A stretch of 64,000 nt of DNA, taken from NCBI GenBank assembly GCA_028534125.1, contig CM052817.1, forward strand, positions 72,604,001-72,668,000, in the 5' to 3' direction. This DNA comes from Lama glama (Eukaryota). The translations under genes and the position numbers were made by a program. Below the pieces are notes generated by a model. The model did not search any database and had not been told where the DNA came from. It saw only the letters and a list, made by a program, of their open reading frames with translations. This document shows positions 39,734-52,810 of the stretch, piece by piece. Each line of letters opens with the position of its first letter. The stretch's first letter is position 1.

Positions 39734-40112
39734 TAACTCTTATTAGAATACACCTTGCCTAGATTACTGAAAAAAACAACCAAATTATTAGTTAAGGAAT
39801 ATCCTAGGTCATTTTAAAATCCAAGCAGTATGAACTGAAGTAGGTTCTAAAGTTTTTTTCAGCTGCTCAGTATTTTGTCCTCTGAAAAGTTTTGAAACTT
39901 AGCATTGCATTGTAAATTTCAATTTTTTCTCAGCTATATATTTATCTGAGATAATATATTTATATGTATCCATATAAGTATATTTACATATACTTGATCT
40001 ACTTAAAATTATAAAAATAAATCGAAATCTGCCATTTAAATTTGTCTACATAGAAGGGCTCATGCTTCTCAAACTTATCTAGTAAGAAATAATTAATTGA
40101 GCACTGTTAAAG

Positions 40113-40370
40113 CATCATTCACTCATTCATTTAGCAAATACATATTAAGTACCTACAATATCCCAGGCAATGTTATAAGTGCTGGGGATGCTTCAGAGAA
40201 CAAATATAGTTGCACAATTCTGCTTAAGCCTCACAATATTCCCATAAGCAGTAATTATTTCCATTATACAAAAACTTGCTCAAGAACTTACTGCTTGCAA
40301 GTGAGGGAGTGGATTTGAATTCAGTCTCTGCTTACTTATAAATCATATTTTTAATGTCCTTTGTTGCCTC
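40113..40370 (-). mobile_element. L2 3' end followed by a MIR fragment
   Basis: 'cattcactcattcatttagcaaatacatattaagtacctacaatatcccaggca'; then 'aagcctcacaatattcccataagcag...aacttgctcaag...ggatttgaattcag'. Confidence 0.7.
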
Positions 40371-40518
40371 CCATATACTTAGCCCTTCCTTCCCTGATGA
40401 AAGTTTTAAGGAAAAATTTTTGATTTTCAACAACTTGAGAACCTGTGACAGGTGAATATCAGTGCTGCTCTTGGAAAGTTTATTATAGCTTAGTCAAAAC
40501 ACTTGAATCCTTCACAAG

Positions 40519-41920
40519 AACATTATGGAAATGCAAATCAAAACCACAATGACATACCTCTCACATCCATTAGGATGATTAGCATCAAAAACAAACAGAA
40601 AATAAGTACTGATGAGGAAGTGGAGAAACATACCTTTGTGCATTGTTGGTAGAAGTATAAAATGCTGTGAAAAATAGCTTGGTGATTTTTCAAAAAGTTA
40701 TGTACAGACTCTCCATATGATGTAGCAACTTAACTCCTAGGTAAATAACCAAAAGAAATGAAAGCAGGGATTCAAATAGATACTTTTATACCAATGTTTA
40801 TAGCAGCATTATTTACAATAGCCAAAGGTAGAAACAACCCAAGTGTTGTCCATAAATAGATGAACAGATAAATAATAATAAATAATAATAAAATGTGGTA
40901 TATACCTTCAATGGAATATTATTTACCCTTAAAAGGCATGAAAAACTATAATTTGAAATGACACATGTACCCCGATGTTCATAGAAGTACTATTTATAAT
41001 AGCCAAGACATTGAAACAGCCTAAATGTCCATCAACAGATGACTGAATAAAAAGTTGTGTTATATATATACAATGGAATATTACTCAGCTATAAAAAATG
41101 AAATAATACCATTTGCAGCAGCATGGATGGACCTATAGAATATCATATTAAGTGAAGTAAGTCAGAGAAAGACAAATATCATATGATATCACTTATATGT
41201 GGAATATGAAAAAAGATACAGATTTCATTTACAAACCAGAAATAAACTCACAGACATGGAAAACAAACTATGGTAACCAAAAAGGGAAGGGGGGAGGGAT
41301 AAATTAAGAGTTTGGAATTAACAGATACACACTATTATATATAAAACAGATAAACAACAAGGACCTACTATATTACACAGGGAACTATATTCAATTTCTT
41401 CTAATAAACTATAATGGAAAAGAATCTGAAAATATATGTATATATTTATATATGTTGCATATGTATAACATAATTGCTTTGCTGTACACCTGAAACTAAC
41501 ATTGTAAATCAATTACACTTCAATGAAAAATAAAATTTTAAAAAAGGAATGAAATCCTGATACATGCTACAGTGTGGATAAACCTTGAAAACATTATGCT
41601 AAGTGAAATAAGCCAGACATAAAAAGAAAAATACTATATAATTCCATTTACATGAGATATCTAGAATAGACCAATTCTTAAATACAGATAATGGAACAGA
41701 GGTTACTGGGATCTAAGGGAAGGGAGGAGCAGGAGAGTTTATTATTTAAAGAATTTCTGTTTGGGGTTATGAAAAAGTTACAGAAATAGTAGTGATAGGT
41801 ACACAACAATGTGAAAGTACTTAATGCCACTGACATGTACACTTAAAAATGGTTAAAATGATAAATTTTATGTTATGTGTATTTTATCACTGTTATGTGT
41901 ATTTTATCACAATAGAAAAA
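40519..41920 (+). mobile_element. L1MB-type 5'-truncated element (host of a nested L1)
   Basis: ORF2 C-terminal DNA plus L1MB 3' UTR ('tacttaatgccactgacatgtacacttaaaaatggttaaaatg'); perfect 13-bp TSD aatccttcacaag at 40506-40518 and 41921-41933. Confidence 0.92.
40944..41541 (+). mobile_element. Younger cetartiodactyl-type L1 3' fragment nested in the L1MB
   Basis: TSD aaaaggcatgaaa (40931-40943) / aaaaggaatgaaa (41542-41554); TT|AAAA site; 3' UTR like the copies at 7.8 and 13.9 kb. Confidence 0.92.
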
Positions 41921-43124
41921 AATCCTTCACAAGTAGTAATGGAGTTGTATGCACCCCAAGAACACTGGGAACTGGAAAGGGCAGGCAATGATCAGAAAAG
42001 GAGGATGAAAATATAACACAGTATCTCCCTTAACACTATTCTTAAATAAAGAAGCAAATAAGTAAGTGCTTGCCTATTTCGAATTTTAAATAAGGTGTTC
42101 TCCTTAAATATACAGTTTAAAATAAATTTCTTATCCTTACTATAATTTAACATCCATAGATGTCAGAAAAAAAATACATCCACTTTTGGCAGTAGAAGTC
42201 AGACAAGATCAAACAGAAGGCACGTAGGGTGATGGTTTATATTAGGATTTATTCTTTGAGTTATTTGTTTGCAGAATTTAATACTAGTTAACTTTCTTAA
42301 AAGAGCAACATGTGGGAAAATGAGGTTTCACAAAAAAAAAAAAGTATTAAAAGCTTTTTTACCTTGTTCGTTTTCTCAATCTCACATTGAGATACAGATT
42401 TTCTCGTACTCAGGTGGGGTGATGTGGGTGTTCTAAAAATGGCAGAACACACTAATAACAATTTTTGTATTCATCAGTCTCATCTATGTGTACCAAGCAA
42501 TTTCTTCCCAATAAAATTCAGTATTAGAGGAAGTTTAATAATTTAAGGTGAAATGTATTGTTATTTCCATGAAGATGCAAAATATTATGAAGTATCCTTA
42601 TCAGAGACTTCAAAAATGGTATATCCATATCATGCTCAATAAAAAGCTATTAAATAAAATCTTAATATCGATTAATTAATCACTATGCACGCCTACTGTT
42701 GACATCTACTTGGTTTTATGTGAACCCAATGAAAATTGGCATCAATTACATAATTAATATCCTTATATGCAACCCACAACTAAGTTCATAAATTCATATT
42801 TTCTTTTTCTTTTCAACATCCTTTTTTCTTCTGTTGACTATTTCTACACATTTTAATGCAGGTTCAGAATCAAAAAACCTAAAATATATTAAGACAAGTA
42901 AAAATAAACTTGAAATTCAGTTTAACTGGGAAGGATCTCAATTGTTACACTTCTTTAAAATTCACCAGGATTCATATTGTATGTCATAATCTTTAATCTA
43001 TGTTTAAAAAAGCTAAAGTAAATTTGGAAGCAGATAGATTTTTCTGAACCTGTATATAAATATGAAGAATCTACTACCTATGGGAGTATCTATCCTAATC
43101 CTTAATACATGCTCAGAATAACCC

Positions 43125-43372
43125 TAATGCAAAGAGGTTAAATGATTTAAAATACATGAACTAAAGTAGTATTTCTTGGGTTCAAATCCTGGCTCTGCTA
43201 TTTATTAACTGCATAACAAACTATTTCCCTTTTCTTGCCTCAGTTTCCTCATCAGTAAAATGGAAATCATAACATACCAACTTCATAGTATTGTTGCGAA
43301 AAGTCAATAAAGGACTTAAAACAATTATTTGGCACAGAATAAGCAGTTGATAAATATTACATATTATTATTA
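43125..43372 (+). mobile_element. MIR SINE
   Basis: 'gggttcaaatcctggctctgctatttattaactgc...gcctcagtttcctcatcagtaaaatgg...tggcacagaataagc'. Confidence 0.85.
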
Positions 43373-46300
43373 CTCTCATTTTCAAAATTAAGAAAATTGA
43401 GGCTGGAAATCAGATACCTTCCTCACCAGAATTATACTTGTAGTAAGATGTGTGGTCAGATCCTAATGCTCTACTAACTCATTATTTTGGAGGAAAAAAA
43501 TGAAACCATCTCTAGAACATTTTATCTTTGGAAGCTTATGATTACTAAAATTATATCAATGGCATTTAGGCTGAAAATTTTAATATTATAACACCCACTG
43601 CTTCTACATAGCATTACAATAAAATTTTATTGGTCAAAATGATGAATGAAATTTCAAAGTTAAGGTATCTTCATACAGACAGTCAAACCACACAAGAATA
43701 TTTTTTGGCAATTGTCCATGCATTTTAAAGTTTTTCTTTTGTAATATTCTTTGTAATAATTCAGATGTTTTAACCAAAAGCCAATTTTATGGTAAATAAC
43801 AATAAACAGATGAAGTCCTAGCTTGGTCTGTAAAATACTTGTCAGTCAGTTTACTAGAATAACATCTTAGGCATGGTCTCCTCAGTCATAAGACATTCAG
43901 GTTTTGATGTTAGTGAAGATCCCATGCCCTCCCATGTATTTTATGGAGCTTAGCATAAACCAGATATATTTTTAAATCTTCAGTAACTACTCTATCCAAA
44001 AAAATATATTTCACTTAAAATTATTGATTAAAATGAAAAGTACTGAGGAAAAGTTAGGGTGAAAGTTTCAAGAAAGTTAATAAGGACATACTACCATAAA
44101 CAAGGTGGTCCAACCTTTCCCAAAGCAAAGCAAAGTGATCCCTGCTGAGGGCTCTCTCATGAAGCTATTTTCTTATGCGATTAGCCAGTGTTTTGTTTTG
44201 TTTGTTTCTGTGCTATGGGAGTTTAATATTTGTTTTCTATCTAGCATGATTTTGCCCTCCTCTCCAAAATATAAAATTCTACATTGTACTAACAGTATCA
44301 GCTACAAAAAATTAACCAAGCTAACTTTTATTAGCTTGTTTTCTTGGACTATAAACATGATGAGATGAGATGCACTCCAGACCCCCTGGACCATGAAGTC
44401 AAGTCATTAAGACTGAAGTGACTGACATCTACGGAAAGATACATTGTCAAAGCACTATTTACAAACTAAATGAGGATATGTCTCTCACCTACTGTGATAG
44501 GATAGTGAGTTATCCTCATTTTTAGAATCTGGGCTAACATTTAGTGTTTAATTATTTTTTAAGCTTTAAGGTGATTTCAGTACTTATCTAATATTTAAAA
44601 CTTTTGATAAATTTGAATAAGGTTTTATTTTTTTCCTCTAGACTTACATTTTTACCAAAGCTCCTTTTAAAGAAAAAGCAAATAAGCTATCCTATATTCA
44701 AATAACATGTTTTTCAACATCTGGGTTGGAGGTTTGAGAGGAGGGAAGGAAGAAGGCAGATACAATATCCCAAGCCCCAAGATCTTCTAAACTGAGATAG
44801 AAAAGTAGCAGCAGGAAATTAATACCAGGTTTAAAAGGAAAAAAAACTACTATAATGAAACAAATGTTGAACCAGATGCTACATATGAATAAGCCTCTCT
44901 CCTAAGAAGTGCTGGCCACTTTTATAACACCAAGTGGGCCAATCAGAGTCGAAGCATTTCCTAAAGTTCCAGATCGAAACTCATAGTAACTGAATTATTC
45001 TCAGGACTTGGCTTACGAAAATTTTAGACTTACAAAAGCCACCATCTTTCTGTTTTGTATTTCAAAAGTGATGGGATTTCTTCTAATCAATAAATTTCAC
45101 TTGAAAAGCCAAGTTTGTTATTTTTTGTTTTTATCTTTTGCTTATACACAAAAACTTGCATTATTCTAAAGTACACAATCATACATTATTTTAATACGCT
45201 TTCAAGTCAAAAACTTAGATATATAACAGTGGGAACTGTGAATAATGTTAGCATTTATCTGCCTGGTCCTGCAGACACAGACTAAATCAGTTCTGAGACA
45301 CAGTTGTTCAAACTGAAGGAAAATGTCAAAATTCAGCTTAGACAGATAATAATTAATTTTCTATTGTCATAACTGGCTCCTGAGAATACCTGAATAAAGG
45401 TACTATAACTTTGGAAGCAATAGTAAAAACAAGATAATAAAGAGAAGCTGACCAGTCTTTTGGGAACCCCATTATTGGAACTAAATGTAATCATGTTGAT
45501 TACAGTGCTTCACAGACAGTTTGCCAGTCTAACTAGACTGAAAAGTAACCCAGTAATTCCAACAACATTGTTAAATCATTAGCAAATTCTTCTGGTGAAC
45601 TTCGTGACATGAACTATAAGAGCAGCCTATTAAAAATTCACCAGCATGCAAAGTGTATGTATACTTGTATGCCTTCCACCAAGCTTATTATGATCTATAA
45701 TCATATGTTTTCAAATATACTGCAGAAACCCCTGGAAGGTCAAGGCCAAGGAAAGGCTAGATTAGGAATTTTATTTGTGTTCTACACTTGTCTGCCCCTT
45801 TGCTAACATTTCACTGAGCATAGTACACAATTCAGTATGCAGTGTCAAATAATTGCTGACTAACAGAGTGCACACATCCCTCTAGACATAATATACGGTA
45901 TCCATGAAATGCAGATATTTCAAGTATTTAAAATGTGTATCAAACAAGCCAAAAGAGAACAAAGAGAGAAAAAGTAAAACAAATTTTATGTCCTTTCACT
46001 TAATCCGTCTGTTTTTGAATGTTCAAAATCAACTATTTCAAGAAGAATACACATTAAACACAAACTTTTCTAACCATGGAAATGAGAGATACCTCAGTAC
46101 TTGGAAATAACTAAAGATAGATTACCAAAGACAACTGATCTCTTTTTTATGGCTTTCTCAAATATAAAACTTAGAATTACTGAGAAAAGCATTGTGGTAA
46201 CGTTACTCCAAAATGCTGTCATTTAGAAAACAAATTTTATCATCTGAGGAGCCTTTATTTCCCCAGCCCTCCTTCATCATTAAAAAATATTTCTGTAGTT

Positions 46301-46745
46301 TGACGCATTTTTCCAGAAAGCAATAAATAGGTTAGATCAGCAAGTGATTTTATCCACTGACATACAGACTGACTGATGGAAACTTCTAACAGCCTTAAGA
46401 CTTTAAGCCTTGGTACAAGGGCTTACATCAGACCCTTCGCAGAAGAGGAAAGCCATTTAATCCCAGAAACTTGCTAAACTTCCTATAAGACAAACCAGAG
46501 ATTTTGTGTATTTTATTAATTCCAAAAAGAAGAACAAAAAATACTTTTATATCACTGGGTGTTAGTATTTCTTTTTTTCTCTGTATAATTCTGTATTGGA
46601 AAAGACAAGTGCTTAAGATTGAGCTTCAGGCGGCAAGCCCAATTTCTCCCTGTACCATGCGTCAATCTTCCTGTTCAGGGCTACTGCTTGCTTGGGTCCC
46701 TGAGAATAATTGCTACCACTTTATTATGAAATGATGTGCAGGTTT

Positions 46746-46792
46746 AAAAAAAAAAAAGAGAGAGAGAAAGAGAGAGAGAAAGAAAGAGAGAG
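46746..46792. repeat. Poly(A) plus (GA)n purine tract
   Basis: Read directly from the sequence. Confidence 0.9.
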
Positions 46793-47399
46793 AATACCAA
46801 GGGACACTGTGTCTATCCTCCTAAAACTAAATTCAAAGGCTTCATAATTTAAATAGAAAGTCACTGGAGCTCACATTTGCCCAGATGCTTTTTATTAAAT
46901 TATTGAAAGCTTTTTTTATTTCTCTGCATTTTTAAATTCTCAACTCCAATGTATATTTTCTATGTATTTGTACTGAATGAGAAAAAATTCCCAAAAGGTT
47001 GCATACCAAAGAGCAGAGCCTCCTGTTCCCCAAGATTGATGTATGTTTATGAGGAAATCCAGCATGCAGTTTTCAAAACCTGCAGGTTCATTGTAAGTTA
47101 AACCATGTGTTCTCCACTCAAATCATTCCCTCCTTTCAATATCAGTCATCAGAACTCCCAGTTGTCCTCTTCCCTTGAATGCTTCTGCACTGATCTGCTC
47201 TTGCCAAGTCCCAGCTCTGTGTGGTGGAGCCACTGGGGGTAGTAGTCCACCAGCAATTTGGGGGACTCCTTTCTTCACCACTACAATGCCCTCCCCAACA
47301 CTGAGCTTTGATTGTGGTTTACTCTTTTATTTCAGATAAGAAAACTTTTAAATAAAAAAGGGAAACATTTTCCAATAAGAAATATAGAGAATGTTTTAG

Positions 47400-47510
47400 G
47401 GAGCCAGAGGGTTTGATAAAAATACAGATTCCTGACTTCATTCTAGAACTGCTGAATCAGAACATTGATGGTTTATAGAGAGATTTGCATTTCAAATTTG
47501 AGAACTTCTT
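47400..47510. mobile_element. MER5-like fragment
   Basis: 'taaaaatacagattcctgac...agaactgctgaatcagaac...tttgcattt...tttgagaac'. Confidence 0.55.
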
Positions 47511-47989
47511 CCAGGTGCACTAATACTATTTTTATGTCATTACAAGAGTGAGGAAAATATGTTCAAAAGGGCATGGTTCTTTTCATAACAAAACATAAAT
47601 ATTTCCAAAGTGTGTATTGACTGCTGAATAAGCAAGTAAGAAGCAAGAAAATACCCAGTTTTAAGCAGAAGTTAAAATTTTTAAAGTGATATAATGTGTC
47701 ATCAGTAAATTTTAAAGACAGAGAAAATAGTAGAATACAGTTTTTGTTTCATTACTTGATTTTTAAATAGTCACATAGCACTGTATAAGGTCTGAAGGTC
47801 ACACATTATCGTTTGAAGTGAGGTATGACCTTAATTCTCAGACAAATTACAGTACAGTTTGGGTAAAGACTGCTGTCCATTTTTAAATCTTTTGTTGGTT
47901 CATTTTCACTTAGCCTAGGCCTCATTTCCCTCGGGATCTGCACAGAATCCTGTTGGAGGGCCTCAGAGTTGTTAAATGACAATTTAAAA

Positions 47990-48250
47990 GCCGATTTAGG
48001 ATTAGGCAGCTTAACCAGGTGAGCGGAGGTTTTCACTTCGGGAGAGCAAGCGGCAGCCCTGCCAGGAAGTCCTTACTGCGAGGCCGAGGGCTTAATCAGT
48101 CCCCGGAGCAGCGCAATGGGTGCGGAGGGGCCTGCACTCGGCGCGGGGATTAACTGCGGCCCCAGCCACGCAGCTCCAGTGCCTGCAGCCCATGCCCACG
48201 TGGCCAAGGCACAAGAGCGCCAAGAGTATAAATTTCATGACTCTTTCGTG
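47990..48250. promoter_or_regulatory. Small CpG-rich, GC-rich patch; candidate promoter or enhancer
   Basis: About 17 CpGs in ~260 bp within otherwise CpG-depleted DNA; GGATTA x2, TAATCA, ETS CAGGAAGT, E-box CACGTG, TATAAAT. Confidence 0.55.
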
Positions 48251-48912
48251 TGTCATTTAGCCCTTCTCTAGGGAGTCACTGAATATTAAAACAATCAATC
48301 ACTCCCAAATCATGTTGCAGAAGGGCACACGTTCAGAAGAGTCGGATGAAATCAGGATGATTTCTAATTTACAGACAGCCAGGATGCTCTGCCTTGCGCC
48401 TTATTTCTTAAATGCTAGAATTACTTGACGTGTTCATTCTGAGACTGAAGTGTTCTCTTTAGTAGAAAAAGGAACACTTAGGATACATTTATCAATCAGT
48501 ACTTGTATAAGTAGTGTTATTCCCCTCAACCAAGGACAGCATCTCCAGTCTGTGCTGGTTCCTTCAGTGACTTACACTGTGTCACCGGGTGACATGGCCA
48601 CACTCAAAGAGACATGTAGTGCTCAGAATTCTCGCAAGGGTGTGACGCAAAGAAATGCGTTTGCTCAGGAGATTGGAGAGCAAGGGATTCTCCTTCAAGG
48701 GCACTGAGATGAGGTTTTTAAACGGGAGCTGTGCCTGTAAAAAATTATCAGGTTCATTTATATTTCTATAGATAAAATGGATCTCAGAGAAGAGAGGTGT
48801 ACGTGCAAGAGCATTAGACAAAGACAAGTGGGCAGAAAAATCAAAGACTGTTAAGCAGAGTGATGAGTAGAACAAACAGCCATCTGCTAGTGTAACAAGG
48901 CTCCAGAACCTA

Positions 48913-49082
48913 GAATCTCTCTGCTCCGGAGTGTGATTCAGGAGTCAGCATTGTCAGCATCACTGGTGAGCTGGTGAGAACGGCAGCCTCTTGGGCCTCA
49001 CCCTGGACCCACGGAATCAGGCTCTGTATTTTAACTAGTTCTCTAGGTGGTTCACACCCACATTAATGTTCAAGGTGCCCTG
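48913..49082 (+). mobile_element. MER5A/MER5A1-like hAT-Charlie MITE
   Basis: 'cagcatcactggtgagctggtgagaa...ggcctcaccctggacccacggaatcaggctctgtattttaac...aggtggttc...cacattaatgttcaaggtgccctg'. Confidence 0.8.
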
Positions 49083-50134
49083 TTCCAGAAACTACAGCAG
49101 GAGAGTGTGACAAGTAGAGACATGAGCTTTGAGCTCCAGAACACATTACAGATTTTATTTGTAGATGAAGGAAGACAAAGAGTTTGAGCCTATTTTAGAA
49201 AGAAGAATATGCTACTGTGTATTAGAATATCTGGCTGTAAATATATACACATAAGATGTGCAAATGTATAACACAGAAACGATTAAAATCCTATTGAGGT
49301 AGTTTACTTCACAACAATGCAGGATAAGAAATATCTAAATGCATTATACTTTATCCTATATTTTCTTTTGTACAGATTCCTTGAGTATCAAGACTCCTTG
49401 CTCCTAGTTTCCAGAAAACTAAATGGTCCCAAGAGTGTCATTCTCAGGCAACATTTTATCAAACAGCAATTCAACAGAGGCTCATTCCCTACATAATGAG
49501 GTCACAAAACATACATCAACCTAGTCAGCACATAAAGGAACCTAATGCAAAATTAGGATAGCACCATGAAAAGCAAGAGTCAAGACGAAAAGATGGAAAG
49601 GTTAATTCATGAGAGGGAGAAGACCAAGAAACATACAGGTGTCCTCTGCTATCTAAATCCAGAAATCTGATGAATTCTGATAGCAGGGAATGCTCGCACT
49701 GTCAAACGCTGGTTAGGAGAGAGACTGTGGTGGAGGGGATGTAACCAGCATTATTTACCTAGAAGCTCACTGATAGAGAATTGACAGAATATCAAGAAAA
49801 GATTAACCTAGCCATCCTTTCCATTAATGAACCATGGTGATGATTTGTATGTTACAGCAGTGAGTGTGACCCATAGCTCAAGAGTATGAAGTTGCGAGCT
49901 TTATATCTGTAGATTCTGTGCCTCTAGTCATTTTCCCATGAGTGAGTCCTCTCTTGGTTAGAGGTAAGCACAGCAGAGTTTCTTAGTAGATATAAGAATC
50001 TTTTGTAATTGTAGACAGAGTTGGTGTAGCCAATGAGCTAACTAAGTCTGCTATCATAGTTCCATAAGCTTCACTTTAACAGTTGTTAAAGACATGTTTC
50101 TTTGCTGTGGTATACTACAAGAGGCAGTTTAGAA

Positions 50135-50345
50135 AGCCACTTAAGAAGCTGTGTCAACTGGACAAACTACTTAACACCTCTTTGGGCCCCTGCTCCCTCA
50201 CGTATAATATGAGGATAATATCAATGCCTACCTCACAGAGGATTAAATGATGTGTGTGTGTGTGTGTGTGTGTGTGCACGCACATGTGCACACAGCACCC
50301 CCCACCCACACAGTAAGTGCTGTGTAAATACTGGTTGTTATTATT
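50135..50345 (+). mobile_element. MIR with an internal (TG)n microsatellite (50251-50276)
   Basis: 'ccacttaagaagctgtgtcaactggacaaactacttaac...gcctacctcacagaggattaaatga'...'cacagtaagtgct'. Confidence 0.8.
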
Positions 50346-51304
50346 CTCAAATGCCAGCTCCCCAGATATTACTAACACAACCTGTCAATATGACAAAGAG
50401 CTGAGTTTACTGTTTATCTCAGTGAGGGAAAAGACAACCTCAGCAGAGCTTCGAGTGTGTCTTGAAGGGAGCAAATTTAAGCTTGTGGTCGAAATCTGTT
50501 GAGAGTTGAAAGCTCGGTTTATGGTGTTCAGTTAGGGGGTTTGGTTAAATTTAGATAAAGATTAGGCTACAACTGTCCAGACCTAACCATGGAAGGATGC
50601 CCTCCACGTGTCGATCTTTAAGGCGGTTCCCAGAATGAACAACAAAGTCACCAACCTGGGCAAGAGTCTCATGAAACAGTAGTCATGTTAAGGCAGACAT
50701 CTGCTTTTTTTTTTTCCAGGGCAAGGGGAGTGGATTACGTAGAAGGAGCTGATAGGTAGATGCAGTCTTCACTATCAAGCTGTGTACGTGGGTAAATGGT
50801 TTTGGTAGTCAATATCATTGTTTATTCCTCTTAGTATTAGTGCTACATTTCTCAGAATTAGGTACAGGTTAGCTAACTACCACGTTAACTAAGTTAATCC
50901 CAATCTGTTTTTACTCATAGTTACACAGGAAGCATCAAAACTCTGAGAAATAAGACAAAATGGGGGGAAGTTCCTGGGAAATCATATCTGAGGGAATGTG
51001 AGGGGCTCTAAGAGTTGAGAAGGAGTGGAGTACACAGAATGAGCAGTGGGATGATACCAGAAGCACACTGCCCGTGGCACAATTTTTTTTTCTGAGATCA
51101 GCCTGCTTTCTTCCAACATTTACTTTTTTACATCGGGTTTGATTCTTAGAGGGCAACAAGTATCAACTGTTGCATCTGTATTGCTTTGGTTTTCCCTCTG
51201 TAGCCAGTAGGATAGCTAAAAGATCTTTGAGAAAGGCACTGCACACAGCATTATTAGAAATAGGAATGATATCTGCAGATAGATACATGTAAATATATGA
51301 AAAT

Positions 51305-51530
51305 GGAGGCAACGTGACTACAGGTAAATGGCTAGGGCTTTGAACCTAAGTGGATCTGCCTTCAAATCCTGTTTCTACCACATACTACATGTGTGGCCCC
51401 GGACATGTTATTCAACCTTCCTAAACAGTACTTTCTTCACATATGAACTAAGACTGCAGTATCTACTTGCAGGAATGTTATTAAAAAAAGAGGTAATTAT
51501 TAGCATATAATTCTCAGTAAATCACAGTTA
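51305..51530 (+). mobile_element. MIR SINE
   Basis: 'agggctttgaac...ttcaaatcctgtttctaccacatactacatgtgtggccccggacatgttattcaacc'. Confidence 0.7.
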
Positions 51531-51912
51531 CATTAGAATGTATATATCTATATGCACTCTTGCTTGTTAGCAATATATCACTATATAGTATTTGTGAATT
51601 ATATAAGTACAAATTAGCAATTACAATATATGTATGTCATTTCTGTTTTAAATAAAACTGAAATCTCCTTATTAGTTACATGTACACTCAAAATCACAGA
51701 ATTTAGTTTTGACTGTCAATCATAACTGATAAATATAGTACCTAAAATTTCACCTATCTAGCAAGTAACAATATTTTTAATTATACTCAAAGCACTCCAT
51801 TTTTACAATTATTCTTATTTATTTCCTCAGATAATATGTGCTTTTGAGTTTTTTCCATTTTTATACCATTATAAATTATAGAGTACTTTAAAAAAATCTG
51901 AAATTATTCCAC

Positions 51913-52810
51913 TTTTTTTTATATTCATTTTCATATTCTTTTTCATTAAGGATTATTACGATATTGAATATAGATCCCTGTGCTATACAGAAGGAACATT
52001 TTTTTAAAATCTATTTTTATATATAGTGGCTAATATTTGCAAATCTTAAACACCCAAATTTATCCCTTCCCATCACCTTTCCCCAGTAACCATAAGATTG
52101 TTTACTATGTCTGCAAGTCTGTTTCTGTTTCGTAAATGAGTTCATAATGTCCTTTTTTTTTTTTAAGATAACACATATGACTGACATCATATTGTATTTT
52201 CTTTTTCTGGCTTACTTCACTTAGAATGACGATCTCTAGGTCCATCCATGTTGCTGCAAATGGGATTATTTTATTCTTTTTATGGTTGAGTAGTATTCCA
52301 TTGTATAAATATACTACAACTTCTTTATCCAGTCATCTGTTGATGGACATTTAGGTTGTTACCACGTCCTGGCTATTGTAAATAGTGCTGCTATGAACAT
52401 TGGGGTGTGTGTATCTTTTTAAATTAAGGTCCCCTCTGGATATATGCGCAGAAGTAGGATTGCTGGATAATCTGGTAAGTCTATTTTTAGTTTTTTGAGG
52501 AATCTCCATACTGTTTTCCATAATGGCTACACCAAACTACATTCCCACCAATAGTGTAGGAGGGTTCCCTTTTCTCCACACCCTCTCCAGCATTAATCAT
52601 TTGTGGACTTGGAATGATGGTCATTCTGAGTGGTGTGAAGTGATACCTCATTATAGTTTTGATTTGCATTTCTCTGATAATTAGTGATATTGAGCATTTT
52701 TCCATATGCCTATTGGCCATTTGTATATCTTCACTGGAGAATTGCTTGTTTAGGTCTTCTGCCCCTTTTTGAATTGGGTTGTTTGGGGTTTTTTTGTTAT
52801 TAAGTTGTAT
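51913..52810 (-). mobile_element. 5'-truncated camelid-type L1 with a shortened 3' end
   Basis: Antisense ORF2 C-terminal DNA (ORF 52487-52813: [40 protein letters not shown]) and 3' UTR; T-tract at 51913-51920; partial TSD actttttt. Confidence 0.93.
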
